DNA of 64,000 bases from Felis catus. Lineage: Eukaryota. Both the position numbers and the translations under genes were made by a program. Every line of letters starts with the position of its first letter. Within the stretch, counting starts at the first letter, position 1. Shown piece by piece: positions 59,445 through 64,000 of this stretch. Location: contig NC_058369.1 of the NCBI RefSeq assembly GCF_018350175.1, positions 12,588,001-12,652,000 on the forward strand, written 5' to 3'. Under the pieces are notes generated by a model that made no database searches, had not been told where the DNA came from, and worked only from the letters and a program-made list of their open reading frames with translations.

Positions 59445-60589
59445 CTAAAACAGGATGAGGCAGGGGCTGGGAGGGCCATGGGTCGGGGACGGAGGTGCAG
59501 AAAAGGTCACCTCCCGTGGGCACCCCGAGGAACCGTGCACCCTCCCTGCACTGCCCGAGTCTCTGCTTCCTCCCCTATAACACAGGAGGGTCCAGCTTGC
59601 CCTCTCGGGGCCGTTGTGAGTACTCCAGGGAAGTGTGTGGGCACCCAGCAGGGCCCAATGACAGAGGCCCGCCTCCCTGCAGCACCAGGGTCTGGCACTC
59701 AAGGCCTTCCCGGGAACTGGTCCAGCCCTGCCTCCCCCTGCCACATGCAGGAGACCTTCCTTGTTGCCCCTCCACAGCCACTCCCTGAGAGATCCCCAGT
59801 CTTCCAGAGAGATCTCCAGTCTTTCTTGGAAGCCTGCAGCCAGGTGCCTTAGATGCTTAGACCCCTGATGGCCCCACCCAGCCACAGTTAGGAGCATTTC
59901 AGTCCCTGGCCCTGAAAGTGACTTTAGAATGGGCACATGCGGTGATGCTGGGAGCAGCTGCTGCAATTTTGCCACCATGAGGGGAGCAGCCACTGTGCTG
60001 AGAGAGCCCACAGGGGCCCAAGGAAAGACCCGGGGCCCCGATGCATTGTGGGGCTGCCAGACTGGCCGACCCTGTGGCCTCCCCAGCACTGTGGCGTGAA
60101 CTGGCATTCAGAATTGCCTATCGGCCAGATTTCTGTGGCTTGCCTATCGGCCTCAGCTACGTGTCCAGGCACGTTTCCCTTCCCGTTTACACAGGACGAG
60201 GTCCCACTTGTCTCTCAACACTCAGCCCACGTGCCTCTGCCCGGAGGAAGCCTCTCGGACACCCCCCGCTCCGGGATGGGCTCTCTGGACCCTCAAGACC
60301 CCCGCCTGGCCTCCCCACAGCCCACCTCTGGGTCACAGTTGCCCATCCCTGGCTTTGCGGCCTGTGCCTTGCCCACCCCGCACCCCTCCCCGCTCTGTGA
60401 CGGTGCACCCGAGTGACTTAGTTGATGGGACCGGGGGATGAATGAGGGGGTGAAAAATAATTGCGGGGGTGAAAAATAAACACTGGATGGAAACCAAGCA
60501 GCCGAGAGGGACGAGTGATAGAACTGTCGGCGGGAGAACGCCCCACTCAGGACGGGGGCGCGGTCCCCGCTCCTCAAAACCCAGTGGCT

Positions 60590-61595
60590 CCCCCCCGCCA
60601 CGCCCATCAGGTGGCTGTCGTCCAAACGGCACACACCAACAAGCGTTGGCAAGAATGTGGAGAGACCGGAGCCCTGTGTGCTGCTAAAGAAACAGGAAGT
60701 GGTGTGGCAGCTATAAGAAAACGGTCCGCGGCTCCCTGACAGGCTGAAGGTGGCGTTCCCATGCGACCCGGCGGTCCCACTTCTGGGGGTATCCCCAAAT
60801 ACGAAAGCGGGGTCTCAAGGAGATATTTGTGCACCCGTGTTCCCAGCAGCTCTGTCACCCTAGACACCACGGGAGCCCCCCCCGCTGTCCAGACTGATGA
60901 ACAGAGTAACAAAACCGGGCGCATCCATACAGCTAGATATTTATTACTCGGCCCTAAGAGGGAAAGAAACGTTGACACCTGCTCAGCGCGCGTGAATCTC
61001 GAGCACACGCTCGCAGTCTCATAAAAGCACAACGCGGGGTGCCTGGGGGGCTCAGTCAGTTAAGCATCTGACTGCAGCTCAGGTCATGATCTCGCGGCGC
61101 GTGGGTTCGAGCCCCGCGTCGGGCTCTGTGCTGACAGCTCGGAGCCTGGAGCCTCTTCCGATTCTGTGTCTTTCTCTCTCTCTCTCTGCCCCTCCCCCAC
61201 TCACACTCTTTCTCTCTCAAAAATAAGCATTAACAAAAAGTTTTTTCAGGGGCGCCTGGGTGGTTCAGTCGGTTGAGCGTCCGACTTCGGCTCAGGTCAT
61301 GATCTCGCGGCTCGTGGGTTCGAGCCCCGCGTCGGGCTCTGTGCTGACAGCCTGCTTCCGATTCTGTGCCTCCCTGTCTCTCTGCCCCAACCCACTCGCA
61401 TTCTGTCTCTGTCTCTCTCAAAATTAAATAAACATCAAAAAAAAAAATTGAAAAAAAAACACAAAGTTTTTTCAAAAAGAGTTCTGGAGAGACAGACAGT
61501 AACAACCGTACGAGAGGGTGAATGTACTCGATGTCACCGCACTGGATGCTTAAGATGGTGAAGATGATAAATTTTGTTTCCGTACTTTACCAAAA
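60590..61595 (+). mobile_element. L1M 3' fragment with two tandem CanSINEs (~61037-61232, ~61249-61450)
   Basis: aacaagcgttggcaagaatgtggag..cccacttctgggggtatccccaa..gatatttgtgcacccgtgttc; SINE heads. Confidence 0.8.
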
Positions 61596-62246
61596 CTAAA
61601 AAAAAAGGAAAAGGAAAAGGAAAGGAAAAGAAAGAAACTCAAGTGGTGGCTCCGGGCTCTGTTGACGTGATCGCCAAAATGCGAAATAGCCCATACCCTA
61701 AAACCTGTGCGTGCCTGCCCCAGGAGTCCGCTGGTCCCGGCCACTCTCCCTCCGGGACCCTGAAGCCCATCCCTGCCCTGGATGCCCCAAAAGCCAAAGG
61801 GAAACCAGGCCCCAGGCTGCTGGGCCCACACACTCCCCCGACTTCAGCCTCCAGGCGGTGGTATGGCCTCTCCCAGCCCACCCCCTTCCTACTCCGGGTC
61901 ACCCCCATTTCTGGGTCCAGTGGTCTCTGAAGAGACCAGAACGCCCAGGACCTGCTCCCGAGGGGCTGGAGGGCAGGGGTTCTGCCTGGGGCACTGCGGC
62001 AACAGCAGCAGAACCCCCCCCCCCTCGCCGCACCCGGGGCCCAGCACACCTGCCCACGTCCTGCCCTCTGAATCCCGGGGGAGCAGGGGCCACGGCTGTC
62101 TCCAATTCCCAGCCAGGCCCCCCGGCCACCCCGGGGATCTGGCCCCAAGCGTCCTGGCCCTGCTGTGCTGCGCGTGAGGCTGTGGTTCCGGGGTGAGGGG
62201 GAGGTGGAGAGACCCCGCGGCCATACCCTCCGGAGTGGGGACTCAC

Positions 62247-62328
62247 CACATGCTCCCCGATGCGTCCCGATCCCCGAAGGCGCTGTAGGAGCCGTCCCGG
62301 TGCCTGTAGGTCAGCTGCCGCTGGTAGC
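62247..62328 (-). CDS. CPAMD8: CPAMD8 internal exon (about human exon 27; thioester-domain fold)
   Basis: ccgcag|GC..TG|gtgagt on minus; [28 protein letters not shown], alpha-2-macroglobulin family motif; 82 nt. Confidence 0.94.
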
Positions 62329-63019
62329 CTGCGGGGCAAAGGGAGGGGTCGGCATCCTGGCGATCCGCTGGGACTGGGCCTCGTCCTACCGTGGGACCTC
62401 CACATGATGTAATACTCCCATCCGGGGGGGCCAAAACTGTCCCACGCTCACAGCCGAGGCCCCGGAAACTGCCCCACCACCCACAACCGGAGATGCGCAA
62501 CCCCACTCCACGGGTGCGACCGAAACCTCCACTCTACTCGTCTCGCTTCCTGACATCACCTCTTTGTCGCCCCTGCTCACATACCCATCACGCCTGGGTG
62601 GTCGGTGACATGCACCATCTCGAGGCAGCACCCTCTGTCCCCGGGGGTGGGCACTATATGCCACAAGAGCTTGGTGTGCTCAGAGAACAGAAGAGCAAGG
62701 GGGCAGGGGAGGGAGGGGAGGCGGCCACTCGGGCCACCATGGGCGGTGTGAGCGGGGCTGGGACGCAAGGGGACATGGGCAGTGGGTGGTCTGTAGGGTC
62801 CAGGGAGGAAGCAGGCAGACCGGGAGGTGGGCACCGTCCAGGCGGGCAAGGACGACGGGCCGCCCCGGATCAGGTGGTGGAGACAGTGTGGGCAGAGCCG
62901 CTGAGGCCCGGAGGAAAGAAAGATCTGGAGAGCAGCAAGGTTTGCAACTTCCTTGCTGGAAGGACGGTGCTGTGCCCTCGGAGGTGGAAAGAGCAGAAGG
63001 GAGCGCTATACCGGATGGA

Positions 63020-63368
63020 CAGTGACCCCCCCCAAATTCATGGCCACCTGGAACCCCAAAATGGGACCTTACGGGGAATAAGGGTCTTTGCAGATTCAAT
63101 TATGCGGAAGATCTCCAGATGAGATCATCGTGGAATAAGGGAGGACCGAGATCCAAGGACTGATGTGCTTACAAGACAGGAGAGGCAGAAATAGAGACGC
63201 CGGAAAAAGTCCTGTGAAGATGGAAGCAGGGAGCACGGGGATGTGTCTACAGGACGGGCTCCCCCAGAGCCTCCAGACGGAACCAACCCTGTTGAACCTT
63301 GACTTTGGACTTCTGGCCCCCGGAGCTGAGAGTGAATCCAGTCCTGTTCTGAGTCACCCAGCGGGTGG
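63020..63368 (+). mobile_element. MLT1C/D-like LTR fragment
   Basis: ccccccaaattcat..ggaataagggtctttgcagat..gatgagatcat..ccttgactttggacttctggcc. Confidence 0.75.
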
Positions 63369-63370
63369 TA

Positions 63371-64000
63371 CAGGCATCCCTCAGAAATACCGCGGGTTCG
63401 GTTCCAGACCCGTTTGCAATAAACCGTGTCAAATGAAGTTTTTTGGTTTTCCAGTATATTTAGAGTTATGGCTACGCTACACTATAGTCCGCGAAGCTGC
63501 GACAACATTATGTCTAAGATAACAATGTACGTGCCTTGGTTTATTTAATTTAAAAATACCGGGGCGCCTGGGTGGCTCAGTCAGTTGAGCGTCCCCAGCT
63601 CTTGGTTTCGGCTCAGGTCCTGACCTCACGGTTCGTGAGTTCGGGCCCCACATGGGCCTCCGTGCCAACCGTGCAGGGCCTGCTTGGGATTCTCTCTCCC
63701 CTCTGCGCCTCCCCTGCTGTGCACGTGTGCGTGCGCTCTCTCTCAAAATAAATATATTTTTTAAAAATTTAGAAAAAAAGAAAAACTTTAAAACGTCATG
63801 GCCAAAAGGATGCTAACCGTCATCTGAGCCTTCTGCGAGTCGTAATCTTTTTGCTGGTGGAGGGTCCTGCCTCCACGTGACGGCTGCTGACTGATCGGGG
63901 TGGCGGTCGCTCACGGCTGGGGTGGCTGTGGCAAGGTCTTAAATAAGACAGTAGTAAAGTTCGCTGCGTCGAAGGAGCCCTCCTTTCACGAGCGACTTCT
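63371..64000 (-). mobile_element. Tigger1 (Tc1/mariner) terminal segment interrupted by a CanSINE (~63561-63760)
   Basis: ta-caggcatccctcagaaataccgcgggttcggttccagacc terminus; catctgagccttctgcgagtcgtaatctttttgctggtggagggtc. Confidence 0.88.

Overview
Mammalian genomic DNA, almost certainly a felid (cat-type CanSINEs throughout), GC-rich and repeat-dense. It holds three spliced genes in the order known from human 19p13.11. (1) SIN3B (+): 17 coding exons, 321-34503, human exons 3-19, 5' end outside the window, polyA signals ~36208-36226. (2) F2RL3/PAR4 (+): complete, 2 exons, 40417-41873, 392 aa. (3) The 3' part of CPAMD8 (-): 15 well-supported exons from 62328 down to 47153, plus an ambiguous terminal exon near 43200-43650. 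All listed exons have GT-AG boundaries and consistent phase. Introns contain CanSINEs, L1 fragments, MLT1 and ERV solo LTRs, MER20/MER58 and Tigger1. I found no wholly new biological system. The best second-look items are: a stop-riddled orthologue of the human SIN3B cassette exon whose donor sits in a MER58 end; a divergent PAR4 activation site and trafficking motifs; a dimeric GC-box/E-box minisatellite in CPAMD8; and a 47-bp duplication with repeated SINE insertion. Comparisons with human and mouse proteins, repeat family names and exon numbering are from memory and need alignment to confirm.
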